Source: Candidatus Saccharimonadales bacterium
GTDB lineage: Bacteria > Patescibacteriota > Saccharimonadia > Saccharimonadales > JAXHNE01
Direction of reading: 5' to 3'
Length of the DNA: 64,000 nucleotides
Assembly (NCBI GenBank): GCA_038316995.1
Contig: JBBQAZ010000001.1
Location: 1,281 to 65,280 of the forward strand
The notes beneath the pieces were generated by a model. That model was not told the origin of the DNA and searched no databases. It saw nothing but the letters and a program-made list of their open reading frames with translations. This document shows positions 53,519-62,488 of the stretch, one piece after another; positions within the stretch are counted from its first letter, which is position 1, and every line of letters begins with the position of its first letter. The translations under genes and the position numbers were made by a program.

Positions 53519-56146
53519 GTGAAATTACCGAAGGTTTACGAACCAAAATTATATGAAAAGGATATTTACGCGCTCTGGGAAAAGAGTGAGGTATTCTTAG
53601 CTGACCCCAAGAGTAAAAAAGAACACTTTAGTATCAGTATGCCACCACCGAATGAAACAGGGACTCTGAGCCTTGGCCACGCTATGTACAGCCTCCAGGA
53701 CATCATGGCACGCTACCAACGATTACAGGGGAAAGATGTGCTCTGGCTACCTGGAACAGATCACGCAGCGCTTGCGGTAAACTCGCTTATCGAAAAACAG
53801 CTAGCTGATGAAGGAACAGATAAACACGCTATTGGCAGAGATGAGTTCCTCCGTCGTACCAAAGAATTTGTGGCAAGTAGCCGTGGAACGATGATTGAAC
53901 AAATGCGCTCAATGGGCTTTAGCGCAGACTGGACGCGTCAACGCTATACCCTAGACGATTCGCTTAACCGTGCAGTCAACGAAACGTTTGTTAGTATGCA
54001 CTCTGACGGACTAATTTACAGAGGTAACCGGATTGTAAACTGGGATCCAAACTTAGAGACAAATGTGTCTGATGACGAGGTTGAGCGAGTAGAAGAAACC
54101 GCCAAATTCTACACCTTCAAATACGGCCCGTTTGAAATCAGTACTGCCCGCCCAGAAACCAAGTTTGGCGATAAATACGTGGTGATGCACCCTGACGACA
54201 AACGCTACAGTAAGTACAAGCACGGCGATACCTTTGAAGCTGAGTGGATTAATGGAAAAGTAACCGCTACGGTTATCAAAGATAAAGCAGTCGATCCAAA
54301 GTTTGGAACAGGAGTCATGACCATTACACCGTGGCATGATATGACCGACTTTGAGATTGCCGAGCGTCACAATTTAGACAAGCAACAAATTATCGATTTC
54401 CACGGCAATCTACTGCCAGTTGCAAAGGAATTTGCCGGCATGTCGATTGCGGATGCCCGCCCTAAAATTGTTGAAAAGCTGGATAAAAAGGGACTATTGG
54501 TCAAGATTGACGAAAATTATGTACACAGTATAGCGGTGAACGAACGAGGTAAAGGGATTATCGAGCCGCAAATCCGCCTGCAGTGGTTTGTGGATGTAAA
54601 TAAAAAAGCCGTGGAGTGGAAGGGTAAAAAACATTCTCTGAAAGAAATTATGCAAAATGTTGTCAGAAATGGTGATATTGAAATTTTACCTAAGCGTTTC
54701 GAGAAAATTTACTTCCATTGGGTGGATAATTTGCACGATTGGTGCCTAAGTCGACAAATTTGGTGGGGGCACCGTATCCCAGCCTGGTACCGCACTAATG
54801 CCGAAGGGGAGACAGAGACATATGTTGGCATGCAGCCACCGCTTGATGACGGGGCAGAAGGATTTCATACCTGGGAACAAGACGCCGATACCCTCGATAC
54901 GTGGTTTAGCTCTTCGCTGTGGACTTGGAGCACACTCTTTGATCCTGAACTGGCTACTAACCAAGACATGACATTCGAAGAACTACTCGAGAAAAGTCCG
55001 GATTTTCAAGCCTATCACCCAACGAGCGTTATGGAGACGGGATGGGACATTCTTCCAATTTGGGTGGCAAAAATGATACTTTCGACGACCTACATGACCA
55101 AGCAAATTCCATTCAAAACGGTGTATTTACACGGTATGGTCAGGGCGGAAGACGGCAAAAAAATGAGCAAAAGCCGCCCAGAATCCATCGTTAATCCGCT
55201 CGATGTCATAGAAGAGTACGGCACCGATGCACTGCGCATGGGATTGATTGCAGGCGTTGCTGCCGGGCAAGACATGAACTGGAGCAGGGGACGAATAGAA
55301 GCCGCGAGGAACTTCTGTAATAAACTCTGGAACATTGCACGGTATATAGAAGGTAAGCTTGAAGATCACACTCCAGGTACGCCAGAAGCCAAATCATTGG
55401 CAGATCATTGGATACTTCAGAATATGAACTATTGTATAGATTCTGTGACTGACGCTTTGGAAAACTATCGGTTTGCGGAAGCCTACGACACGTTGTACCA
55501 CTTTGTGTGGGACGATGTAGCCGATTGGTACATAGAGGCGAGTAAAACGGATGAAAACCTCGACATGATGAGCTACGTGCTTGATACGTGCCTGAAACTG
55601 CTGCATCCTTTTGCGCCATTTGTGACAGAAACCATTTGGCAAACGCTTCACCCGGAAAAAGTACTACTAGCAGTTTCGCCGTGGCCAAAGAAAAAAAAGG
55701 CCGATAAAGAACAGGCAAAAACTTTTGAAGACCTCAGGGTAATAATTTCTGAAATTCGCTACATAAAGAATGAGCTTAAGGTGCAAGACGTCAGTCTGTA
55801 TCATAACGGGGAAGAGTTCATAGATAATAATGCAAACCTAGTTAAGGCGTTTGCTAGGTTGGAAGAAGTAAAATCTGTGCGTGACGGCAGCGGGCTGAAC
55901 CTTACACAAACACCCTACAACGTTTGGCTAAATATCGACAAGAAAGCTGTCCAACAATTTTTGACAACCCTTAAAGAAAAACAGACTAACTATCATGCAA
56001 CGATAAAACAGCTTGAAGGACGATTAAGCAATAAATCCTACGTAGCTAACGCTCCCAAAAAGATTGTTGAACAAACAAAAGAACAATTAGAGGAAAACAA
56101 AGCCCTGCTTGAGAAGCTAGAATCAGAGATTAAACGGTTTAATTAA
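53519..56146 (+). CDS. valS: valine--tRNA ligase
   Basis: PPPNETGTLSLGHA (HIGH variant), KMSKS, and a C-terminal coiled coil. GTG start after AAAGGGA. Confidence 0.95.
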   Translation: MKLPKVYEPKLYEKDIYALWEKSEVFLADPKSKKEHFSISMPPPNETGTLSLGHAMYSLQDIMARYQRLQGKDVLWLPGTDHAALAVNSLIEKQLADEGTDKHAIGRDEFLRRTKEFVASSRGTMIEQMRSMGFSADWTRQRYTLDDSLNRAVNETFVSMHSDGLIYRGNRIVNWDPNLETNVSDDEVERVEETAKFYTFKYGPFEISTARPETKFGDKYVVMHPDDKRYSKYKHGDTFEAEWINGKVTATVIKDKAVDPKFGTGVMTITPWHDMTDFEIAERHNLDKQQIIDFHGNLLPVAKEFAGMSIADARPKIVEKLDKKGLLVKIDENYVHSIAVNERGKGIIEPQIRLQWFVDVNKKAVEWKGKKHSLKEIMQNVVRNGDIEILPKRFEKIYFHWVDNLHDWCLSRQIWWGHRIPAWYRTNAEGETETYVGMQPPLDDGAEGFHTWEQDADTLDTWFSSSLWTWSTLFDPELATNQDMTFEELLEKSPDFQAYHPTSVMETGWDILPIWVAKMILSTTYMTKQIPFKTVYLHGMVRAEDGKKMSKSRPESIVNPLDVIEEYGTDALRMGLIAGVAAGQDMNWSRGRIEAARNFCNKLWNIARYIEGKLEDHTPGTPEAKSLADHWILQNMNYCIDSVTDALENYRFAEAYDTLYHFVWDDVADWYIEASKTDENLDMMSYVLDTCLKLLHPFAPFVTETIWQTLHPEKVLLAVSPWPKKKKADKEQAKTFEDLRVIISEIRYIKNELKVQDVSLYHNGEEFIDNNANLVKAFARLEEVKSVRDGSGLNLTQTPYNVWLNIDKKAVQQFLTTLKEKQTNYHATIKQLEGRLSNKSYVANAPKKIVEQTKEQLEENKALLEKLESEIKRFN

Positions 56147-56991
56147 AATTCTAAGGCTTCGCGGACTCGATCGGCAGATTCGTCTGGGCGATAATCGTCA
56201 AACCATAACACCTTCCAACCACTGCGTTCTGCAGTCATGATATTTGTTCGGGAATCGTCTACAAATAAAATCTCTTCTGGTGATACCCCAGAGCGTTCCT
56301 GGGCTACATTAAATATTTCTTGTTCTGGTTTTATGGACCTTACCTCTGAGGAGTCAATAATTGCGTCATAATTTACCCGTGGAAGCATGTTTTGTTCGAT
56401 CATGGCAGAGATAAACCCTGGCATGATGTTGCTAAGTAACCCGACTTTATAGTGTTGCACCGCCCACTCAACTAGAGTGGACATCTCTGATATTGGCTCG
56501 ACTGATTCAAGATAATGCTTGCGCCAATCAAGACCTTCGCAATGAAGTTTTTCATTCAAAATTGTGTTGAATTCATCGATGCTCATTTCGCCACGACACA
56601 CTGCGTCGTTGTAGTGCCAAAAAATAGACTCAATTACATCGGCTTGGGCACCGCTTTGGGTAGCAATAGATGCGAATGCACGGTGAAAAAACCGTACCAA
56701 ACAGCCGTTTATATCAAAATACACGAACTTCACACCGCTTTTTGCTTGTTTCTTTTCTATCACTGTAGGAGTTAGGTGACTAATAGATGAGCCGACTAAC
56801 TCGTCCATAGATAGCCCGAGCACTCCAGCAATTTGGGCAATAGTAAAAATAGAAGGGGATTTGATAGCGCCACGCTCAATCTTGGCAAGTGTTGAATAAC
56901 TCAAATCAGCACGCTGACACAACTCTTGTTGCGTCAATCCTGCATTTTTACGAGCACTTTTTAGTGCCGTGGCTAACCCCACCTCATCCAT
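56143..56991 (-). CDS. XRE-family HTH domain fused to a HAD-like hydrolase domain
   Basis: The N-terminus LKSARKNAGLTQQELCQRADLSYSTLAKIERG is an XRE helix-turn-helix. The C-terminal ~200 aa are HAD-like (FVYFDINGCL ... LFVDDSRTNI). Confidence 0.8.
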   Translation of the reverse strand: MDEVGLATALKSARKNAGLTQQELCQRADLSYSTLAKIERGAIKSPSIFTIAQIAGVLGLSMDELVGSSISHLTPTVIEKKQAKSGVKFVYFDINGCLVRFFHRAFASIATQSGAQADVIESIFWHYNDAVCRGEMSIDEFNTILNEKLHCEGLDWRKHYLESVEPISEMSTLVEWAVQHYKVGLLSNIMPGFISAMIEQNMLPRVNYDAIIDSSEVRSIKPEQEIFNVAQERSGVSPEEILFVDDSRTNIMTAERSGWKVLWFDDYRPDESADRVREALEF

Positions 56992-57046
56992 AGCACAATA
57001 ATATCCTTTTTAGAGGGAAAAACCAAGCAAAACTAGCACTAAATGG

Positions 57047-57226
57047 CTAGTTTCTTGAAATAAAACTAAGTAAGGTGACGGTAATTAAGAAGGCTGTGGC
57101 AGCAGCCACGAAAGCGACAGTGGCTGCTTGTGACATATTTTTACCAGTTTTGTTCATAAGTTTCGAGTATACCCAGGTACCAAACCCGATAGCTATCAAG
57201 AATCCGATAAATGAATTACTAAACAT
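57047..57226 (-). CDS. small two-TM membrane protein
   Basis: I chose the start at MFSNSFIGF because TGCTACAAT lies 6 nt upstream. The ORF track extends to 57250. Confidence 0.45.
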   Translation of the reverse strand: MFSNSFIGFLIAIGFGTWVYSKLMNKTGKNMSQAATVAFVAAATAFLITVTLLSFISRN

Positions 57227-57232
57227 GACTGA

Positions 57233-57241
57233 ATTGTAGCA
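57233..57241 (-). promoter_or_regulatory. extended -10 TGCTACAAT, 6 nt from ATG 57226 (leaderless)
   Basis: Read directly on the minus strand. Confidence 0.5.
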
Positions 57242-57310
57242 CCAATTCAAGCGGGGCAGACCCTAAAATGTAAGACCAACGTTTTTTGTTCTAGAAAAAA
57301 ACCAAAGAGT

Positions 57311-57319
57311 TGCCATACT
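57311..57319 (+). promoter_or_regulatory. extended -10 TGCCATACT, 8 nt from ATG 57328 (leaderless)
   Basis: Read directly. Confidence 0.45.
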
Positions 57320-57327
57320 AGAGTGCA

Positions 57328-58827
57328 ATGATGGAACAAGAAGCTCAAGTTGAAATAGGCACGCTCCAGCCAGCAACGCGTTTTGAACGTTACGCCAAGG
57401 TAATGGGGAAGATTGCTGGACTTGGGGTTTTAGCTACTTCTGGTGTTGTGATAGGCGCCATTCACGATCCTGTGGAAGCCCGGCTTGGACCGCACCGTAT
57501 TGAGGCTACAGCTACGTTTGATTCACAGCAAACTGTTGACTTTGGGCCATTCGATAGTCTTGATAAGCCAGCTGATTTTCCGTTTGGGGCAGGGGTAGAT
57601 CTCACTGTAAAAGGCAATGTAAAAGACGATATCTACATGGAAGATTACGCCAGGTTTCTAAGTAATCCGTCTAACGATATCAGGGCCCTACAAAACGGCT
57701 TTCGTGAACAAGCATTAAAGCACGCTGGACTAACAACTGCTGCCGCTCTCGGTGGTTATCTGCTGCTAGGTAAACGCAGAAGAGAAGAACACTGGAATAA
57801 TCTTGAAAAATTTCACGCTTCTAAGCTCGTAGCAGTTCTAATAATTGGTTCAACGGTAGCATTCGCTACAACCTCTTCAGCAGGTTCTGACTACAGCACG
57901 CCAGTTTCGGATGTATTTGACGGGACGGTTCTTGAAGGAGCGCGAGCGAAGGGGCCAATTATGAACAAGCTTGTGAACGAGTTCGCGCCGGAAGTCCTTG
58001 AGCTATTGGAAGACAACAACGATTTCTACAACAAGGTGGTAGAAAATTTGGAAACAGCCACCTATAAAAAATACATTTTGCGCAGCAATGAAACATTGCA
58101 AACGGCGCTATTTTACACAGACAACCACTGTAATTTGGGCATGGCGCGAGCAATTGGAGTGCTTGAAAAAGCCTCTGGGTCTGAGCTTATTTTTGACGGC
58201 GGTGACACAACTATGGGCGGCACAGAATTTGAGGCACAGTGTTTTGCAGTTATTGCAGACGCCACTCAGGCACCGGTGGTATTTGCTGCCGGAAACCACG
58301 ATGGAAAAATTACTGAAGACCAAGCTAAACGCAAAGGCTTTAGGGTGCTAAATGGGGAGCTGAAGCAGGTGAACGGGATCACGGTGCTTGGCGATAATGA
58401 TCCTAGGCGCAGTGAATTCGCCCAGGAAATTGCGCTAAATGGCAATGAGGATGAAGCGGCAATGTCTAAAAGACTCGCTGAAGTCGCCTGTGACTCAAAG
58501 AATCAAGTAGACGTGCTATTAGTTCATGACGCCTCTACCGCTCGTGAAAGTCTGGAAAACGGCTGTGTTGATTTAGCATTAAGCGGACATACCCATAAAT
58601 ACAGCGTTGAAGAACATGAGTCTGGCTCTGTGCAAATTGTGGGCGGAACTGCCGGAGGAAAATCAGGAGGCGGCTCAACGTTTGGACCGCTTAGGGCAAA
58701 CGCAGAGCTATATTTACTTCAGTTTGACAGGAGTAACGGAAGTTATATAAGACACCAGCAAATCACAATTCATAAAGATGCAAATGTAACGATTGGCGAA
58801 GCATCGTTTGCAGGACCACAAAGCTAA
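57328..58827 (+). CDS. membrane-anchored calcineurin-like metallophosphoesterase
   Basis: Motifs DNHCN, GGDTTMGG, AAGNHDG, LLVHD and SGHTHK. TM segments are present in the N-terminal half. Confidence 0.8.
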   Translation: MMEQEAQVEIGTLQPATRFERYAKVMGKIAGLGVLATSGVVIGAIHDPVEARLGPHRIEATATFDSQQTVDFGPFDSLDKPADFPFGAGVDLTVKGNVKDDIYMEDYARFLSNPSNDIRALQNGFREQALKHAGLTTAAALGGYLLLGKRRREEHWNNLEKFHASKLVAVLIIGSTVAFATTSSAGSDYSTPVSDVFDGTVLEGARAKGPIMNKLVNEFAPEVLELLEDNNDFYNKVVENLETATYKKYILRSNETLQTALFYTDNHCNLGMARAIGVLEKASGSELIFDGGDTTMGGTEFEAQCFAVIADATQAPVVFAAGNHDGKITEDQAKRKGFRVLNGELKQVNGITVLGDNDPRRSEFAQEIALNGNEDEAAMSKRLAEVACDSKNQVDVLLVHDASTARESLENGCVDLALSGHTHKYSVEEHESGSVQIVGGTAGGKSGGGSTFGPLRANAELYLLQFDRSNGSYIRHQQITIHKDANVTIGEASFAGPQS

Positions 58828-58841
58828 GTTACAATAAACAC

Positions 58842-59852
58842 ATGCATATTTTTAAAAAGATTGTCCGCGGGCTGTCCGCGTACGCGTTTCGTGTTTCATT
58901 ATTTGGATTTGCATTGATATTGGGATTTGTACTTACTTTTGGTAGTTCCGATTCACTTAAGACTGCAGTTTCTGAATCCGGTCTTTACGAATCCCCTTTA
59001 ACAAACCTTATGAATTTGGGTGAGATAACCGATCAAGAAAATAAACCCGAGCAAGCAGAGATATCAATTGACGACCCGATCGTTCAAAACGCGATTGCAA
59101 CAGCATTTCCAGGCACAAAAAAACAAATGATTGTTGAAGAAATTATTGACGGATCTTACGTTTGGCTTAATGGGAGAAGTGAGTACCCAGCTTTTTCGAT
59201 TGATATATCTGAAGAAAAGTCGCTAATTATTCAAACTCTTGCGGACGATACCTACTCAAGAATTGAAACCCTGCCAAATTGTACAATTGCACAGCTTCAA
59301 GAGCTCAATAAAGAATTTGACCCTTTTACTATTCCTTGTAGGCCGCCTATAAACCTTGAAGGTGAAAAGCAAAAACTTATTGATGAATACTCAACAAATG
59401 AAGCAATTTTAAGCGACACTACATTTGATGGCGAAGAACTTTTTAAAGAAGGGGAGCGACACGACTCTACGAACAACGCTAAGTATATACCGGTTGTATT
59501 TGGGGCCGTCATGAGAAGCCCTTACTTCTTTGCTGGAGTTGCTATCGTGTCGATAATTGGTGTGCTTCTGCTGGCCGACACGCGAACCAAGGGAATTCAC
59601 AAGCTCGGAAAATTGTTCATTGAAACTGCTGTGTCTCTGATAATTGTAGGGGTGGGGTTGTACTTAATTCTTAGCGGGGCAAAAGCAAATCTTGGATCAG
59701 TTGGAACTCCAGAACTTCAAGCGGCTATAGGCAAGATTTTTGACTCACTTAGAGCTGAAATACTACTACCAAGTTTGTTGTGCCTTATTGCGTACATAGT
59801 TATTGGGGCATTGCTTCTGATTATTTATAACAAAAGAAAAAGTCTGCAATAG
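58842..59852 (+). CDS. polytopic membrane protein
   Basis: 336 aa with an N-terminal TM helix and three C-terminal TM helices. Lies 14 nt downstream of the phosphoesterase gene. Confidence 0.6.
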   Translation: MHIFKKIVRGLSAYAFRVSLFGFALILGFVLTFGSSDSLKTAVSESGLYESPLTNLMNLGEITDQENKPEQAEISIDDPIVQNAIATAFPGTKKQMIVEEIIDGSYVWLNGRSEYPAFSIDISEEKSLIIQTLADDTYSRIETLPNCTIAQLQELNKEFDPFTIPCRPPINLEGEKQKLIDEYSTNEAILSDTTFDGEELFKEGERHDSTNNAKYIPVVFGAVMRSPYFFAGVAIVSIIGVLLLADTRTKGIHKLGKLFIETAVSLIIVGVGLYLILSGAKANLGSVGTPELQAAIGKIFDSLRAEILLPSLLCLIAYIVIGALLLIIYNKRKSLQ

Positions 59853-59972
59853 CAGAACCGCAAACGCTGGCAGAGACCTTTAGTTTAGGCCAAAATACTC
59901 ACAAATCGTAAATGATAAAAACGGCACAGGGGCTTAATTACAACGCCCTGGTGCAATAGTTACTTTGAATAA

Positions 59973-61439
59973 CTAAACTGTGATGGATACGGGGATATCA
60001 GTAGGGTAGACCCCTGTGGAGCATCCAACACATAAACTGCCTAACTGTCGTTGAGCTGCTCGGTGAACACCGTCTGGGCTCAAAAACTCCAATGAATCTG
60101 CGCCTATAAACGAAACCATTTCATCGTGAGTTCGGCCTCTTGTAAGTAGCTCCTCTACGCGACCGGTGTCCATGCCGTAATAACACGGATTCTTATAAGG
60201 TGGGGCAGGTACGCGAACGTGCACTTTTGCAGCTCCGGCGACTCTTAGCATCTCGATAACAGCCCTGGTTACTGTGCCGCGAATCACCGAATCATCGATA
60301 ATAGCCACCGATTTTCCTAGCACCACGTCTTCTTCAATATAAAACTTAGCTCTGGCAATTGCTTCACGCTCGTTCTGATTGTTGGCAATAAATGTTCGCA
60401 TATCACTTTGTTTGTTCTTGTTCTTCAAAATAACTTGTTCATAAGATAATCCAAGCGTTTTCGCGTAAGCTTCTGCCGATACAATACCCGAGTTCGGCAC
60501 ACCAACTACCAGATCAACGTCTTCAACCGGGTGTTCTTTGGCTAATTCTTGCCCGAGCCGCCAACGAACATCACCAACATTTTGTTCATGAAAAATGTTA
60601 TCCTCTTTTGAAAAATAGAAATACTCGTAAGAACATGGGGTGTGAGTTGCTTCACTATAGCTAATTATATCTACGCCATCATTGTCAATTGCCATGATAG
60701 TTCCTGGTTCTATTTCGTTGGTAAATACCGCACCTACTTCTTCGAGTGCACGAACCTCAGATGCCACCACATGCCCGCCAGTTGGTGTTTTGCCATACAC
60801 AAATGGTCTGAACCCATTGACGTCCCGGGCGGCAATAAGTCTTTCGCCATCGGTAAATACTCCCGAAAAAGCACCTTGAAGTTGGGGTAGCACGTCCTGA
60901 AGTGCCAAAACAAGGTCTGGTTGCTCATGGACAACCATATAACTATCAAGCAGCTGCATGACTGCCTCTGTGTCGCTTACGTAAGCATCGGGCTCTATAT
61001 CGTGTTGTTTCATAACTTCATGAATATTGGCTACGTCGCCGTTGTAGGCTCCGGCAAACCGAAAGCCATTTTCTTCAATCAAAATTGGCTGAGCGGCATG
61101 CCAGCGCTTTTTAATATCTACTTTGTTCATGGTTCCGTAACGATTGTGCCCAATCGCCAGCCTACCTAAAGTTGGAAGCACAAAAGGAAGAGCTACTCCC
61201 TCATCAAACACGTCAATAACGCTTCCTAAATCTTTGTGTAGATGCAGGTCACCGAACTCATTTACTACTACTTGCCCAGAAGCATCTTGGCCACGATGCT
61301 TTAATGTTACTAGTCCTCGGTAGGTTGTCTCTGCCACGTTTGTTCCGGGTTCAAAAACACCAAAAACACCACACTCTTCACCGAAGTTCTCGATTTCGTG
61401 CTTCTCTATGTTTGCTTCGAACGCTACAGTCTCCGCCAT
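59973..61439 (-). CDS. purF: amidophosphoribosyltransferase
   Basis: Propeptide followed by CGVFGV (Ntn Cys). PRTase loop VAIIDDSVIRGT. C-terminal Cys ligands (CYYG..., CVGC). Confidence 0.9.
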   Translation of the reverse strand: MAETVAFEANIEKHEIENFGEECGVFGVFEPGTNVAETTYRGLVTLKHRGQDASGQVVVNEFGDLHLHKDLGSVIDVFDEGVALPFVLPTLGRLAIGHNRYGTMNKVDIKKRWHAAQPILIEENGFRFAGAYNGDVANIHEVMKQHDIEPDAYVSDTEAVMQLLDSYMVVHEQPDLVLALQDVLPQLQGAFSGVFTDGERLIAARDVNGFRPFVYGKTPTGGHVVASEVRALEEVGAVFTNEIEPGTIMAIDNDGVDIISYSEATHTPCSYEYFYFSKEDNIFHEQNVGDVRWRLGQELAKEHPVEDVDLVVGVPNSGIVSAEAYAKTLGLSYEQVILKNKNKQSDMRTFIANNQNEREAIARAKFYIEEDVVLGKSVAIIDDSVIRGTVTRAVIEMLRVAGAAKVHVRVPAPPYKNPCYYGMDTGRVEELLTRGRTHDEMVSFIGADSLEFLSPDGVHRAAQRQLGSLCVGCSTGVYPTDIPVSITV

Positions 61440-61484
61440 TCAAGCATAAGTGTAGCAATAAAAGGCCAGAACCAAAAAACGTTC

Positions 61485-61525
61485 GGCCGAGCAAGGAAAA
61501 CGCCAACAGGCACAGGTTATTGACG
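61485..61525 (+). repeat. motif copy A: GGCCGAGCAAGGAAAACG plus imperfect hairpin
   Basis: Aligns with copy C over about 41 nt, including one compensatory stem change. Confidence 0.55.
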
Positions 61526-61677
61526 CCTGCGGTCGTAAATTCAATCAAACAAATGTGCCACGTAAAAAACACGTAAAAATGTGGGCCTCTTGCTTTGTTC
61601 AGCATTGTTTGAAGAGGTTAGAGTCGTGCTTAAAGCCCAGCATTACAAATTAATTATAGGTGGTGTATCATTGACTT

Positions 61678-62052
61678 ATGCATAAACTCTTTAAAACTTT
61701 AACGGTTCTTGCTTTTGTAGTAGGGCTATTTTTATTTCTAAGTGGCGATGAAGCCTACTTTAGTAAATCTGGCGGTACTGGCTTGGTAATGCTGACAATC
61801 GGGACACCGCTTTTTGCTATCATGACCAATATTTTTAGAGGTGGGGGCAATAACCAGAGTGGGGATACGTCAGAGCATCGCCCCAGCAAACTTTTTAGGA
61901 ACGGTTTAATCATGCTGGTTGTGGGCTTTTTGATTTATCTTTCGGCATTTGTGGGCGATCAGGGTCTTGATGCTATTAGTGTAGTAGCACTTGGGACACT
62001 TGTTGGTCTTGCTGGAATAATTACTCTCTTTGTTAGTGCGCTGAAACACTAA
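61678..62052 (+). CDS. small polytopic membrane protein
   Basis: 124 aa with about 4 TM helices. Confidence 0.6.
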   Translation: MHKLFKTLTVLAFVVGLFLFLSGDEAYFSKSGGTGLVMLTIGTPLFAIMTNIFRGGGNNQSGDTSEHRPSKLFRNGLIMLVVGFLIYLSAFVGDQGLDAISVVALGTLVGLAGIITLFVSALKH

Positions 62053-62061
62053 TCAGCTTAT

Positions 62062-62082
62062 ATTTCTATGTTTCATAGAAAT
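62062..62082 (+). terminator. hairpin ATTTCTATG-ttt-CATAGAAAT after the membrane-protein gene
   Basis: Perfect 9-bp AT-rich stem. No U-tract. Confidence 0.35.
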
Positions 62083-62104
62083 TGGTACACCCGGCAGGAT
62101 TTGA
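62083..62104 (-). repeat. 22-nt duplicate of the tRNA-Arg 3' end (21/22 identical)
   Basis: TGGTACACCCGGCAGGATTTGA here against TGGTGCACCCGGCAGGATTTGA at 62248-62269. Confidence 0.85.
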
Positions 62105-62140
62105 CATATCTGCTCTCGCTTTAGCTAAAGCTGCGCTCAA

Positions 62141-62178
62141 GGCCAAGCAGGGAAAACTCAAACACTCACTGAGTGTTT
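62141..62178 (+). repeat. motif copy B: GGCCAAGCAGGGAAAACT plus perfect 9-bp hairpin AAACACTCA/TGAGTGTTT
   Basis: Shares its 17-nt head with copies A and C. Confidence 0.5.
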
Positions 62179-62200
62179 TCGCCTATCGGTTCAAATCAAC

Positions 62201-62246
62201 AGTAAATAAAATGGGTCTACCGATATCTAAAGATACCACCAGACCC
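62201..62246 (-). terminator. terminator-like hairpin and T-run immediately 3' of tRNA-Arg
   Basis: The minus strand reads GGGTCT...AGACCC followed by ATTTTATTT. Confidence 0.5.
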
Positions 62247-62247
62247 A

Positions 62248-62324
62248 TGGTGCACCCGGCAGGATTTGAACCTGCGACCTCTTGTACCGCAAACAAACGC
62301 TCTATCCAGCTGAGCTACGGGTGC
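62248..62324 (-). tRNA. tRNA-Arg (anticodon GCG), CCA encoded
   Basis: Hand-folded cloverleaf: acceptor GCACCCG/CGGGTGC, D-arm GCTC/GAGC with A20, anticodon loop TTGCGGT, T-arm GCAGG-TTCAAAT-CCTGC, discriminator A. Confidence 0.9.
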
Positions 62325-62488
62325 ATACTTGTGTCTAAAAATCTTTCAGACGTGAATTGTTAAGTTGCTCCGGTTCAAGCTGGTAGTGCGAAGTGATAAA
62401 TTCAATTATTGACCAAAAGTCGCCAGCAGGGTTACGGATGCATATCAACAGAGACAAATTTTAACATAAAACAGGGGTGAATGCCAGC

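Noticed and set aside
62082-62363. 93-aa plus-strand ORF spanning the tRNA-Arg locus.
   Set aside because: It reads straight through a well-folded tRNA gene and its duplicated 3' end, so the open frame is coincidental.
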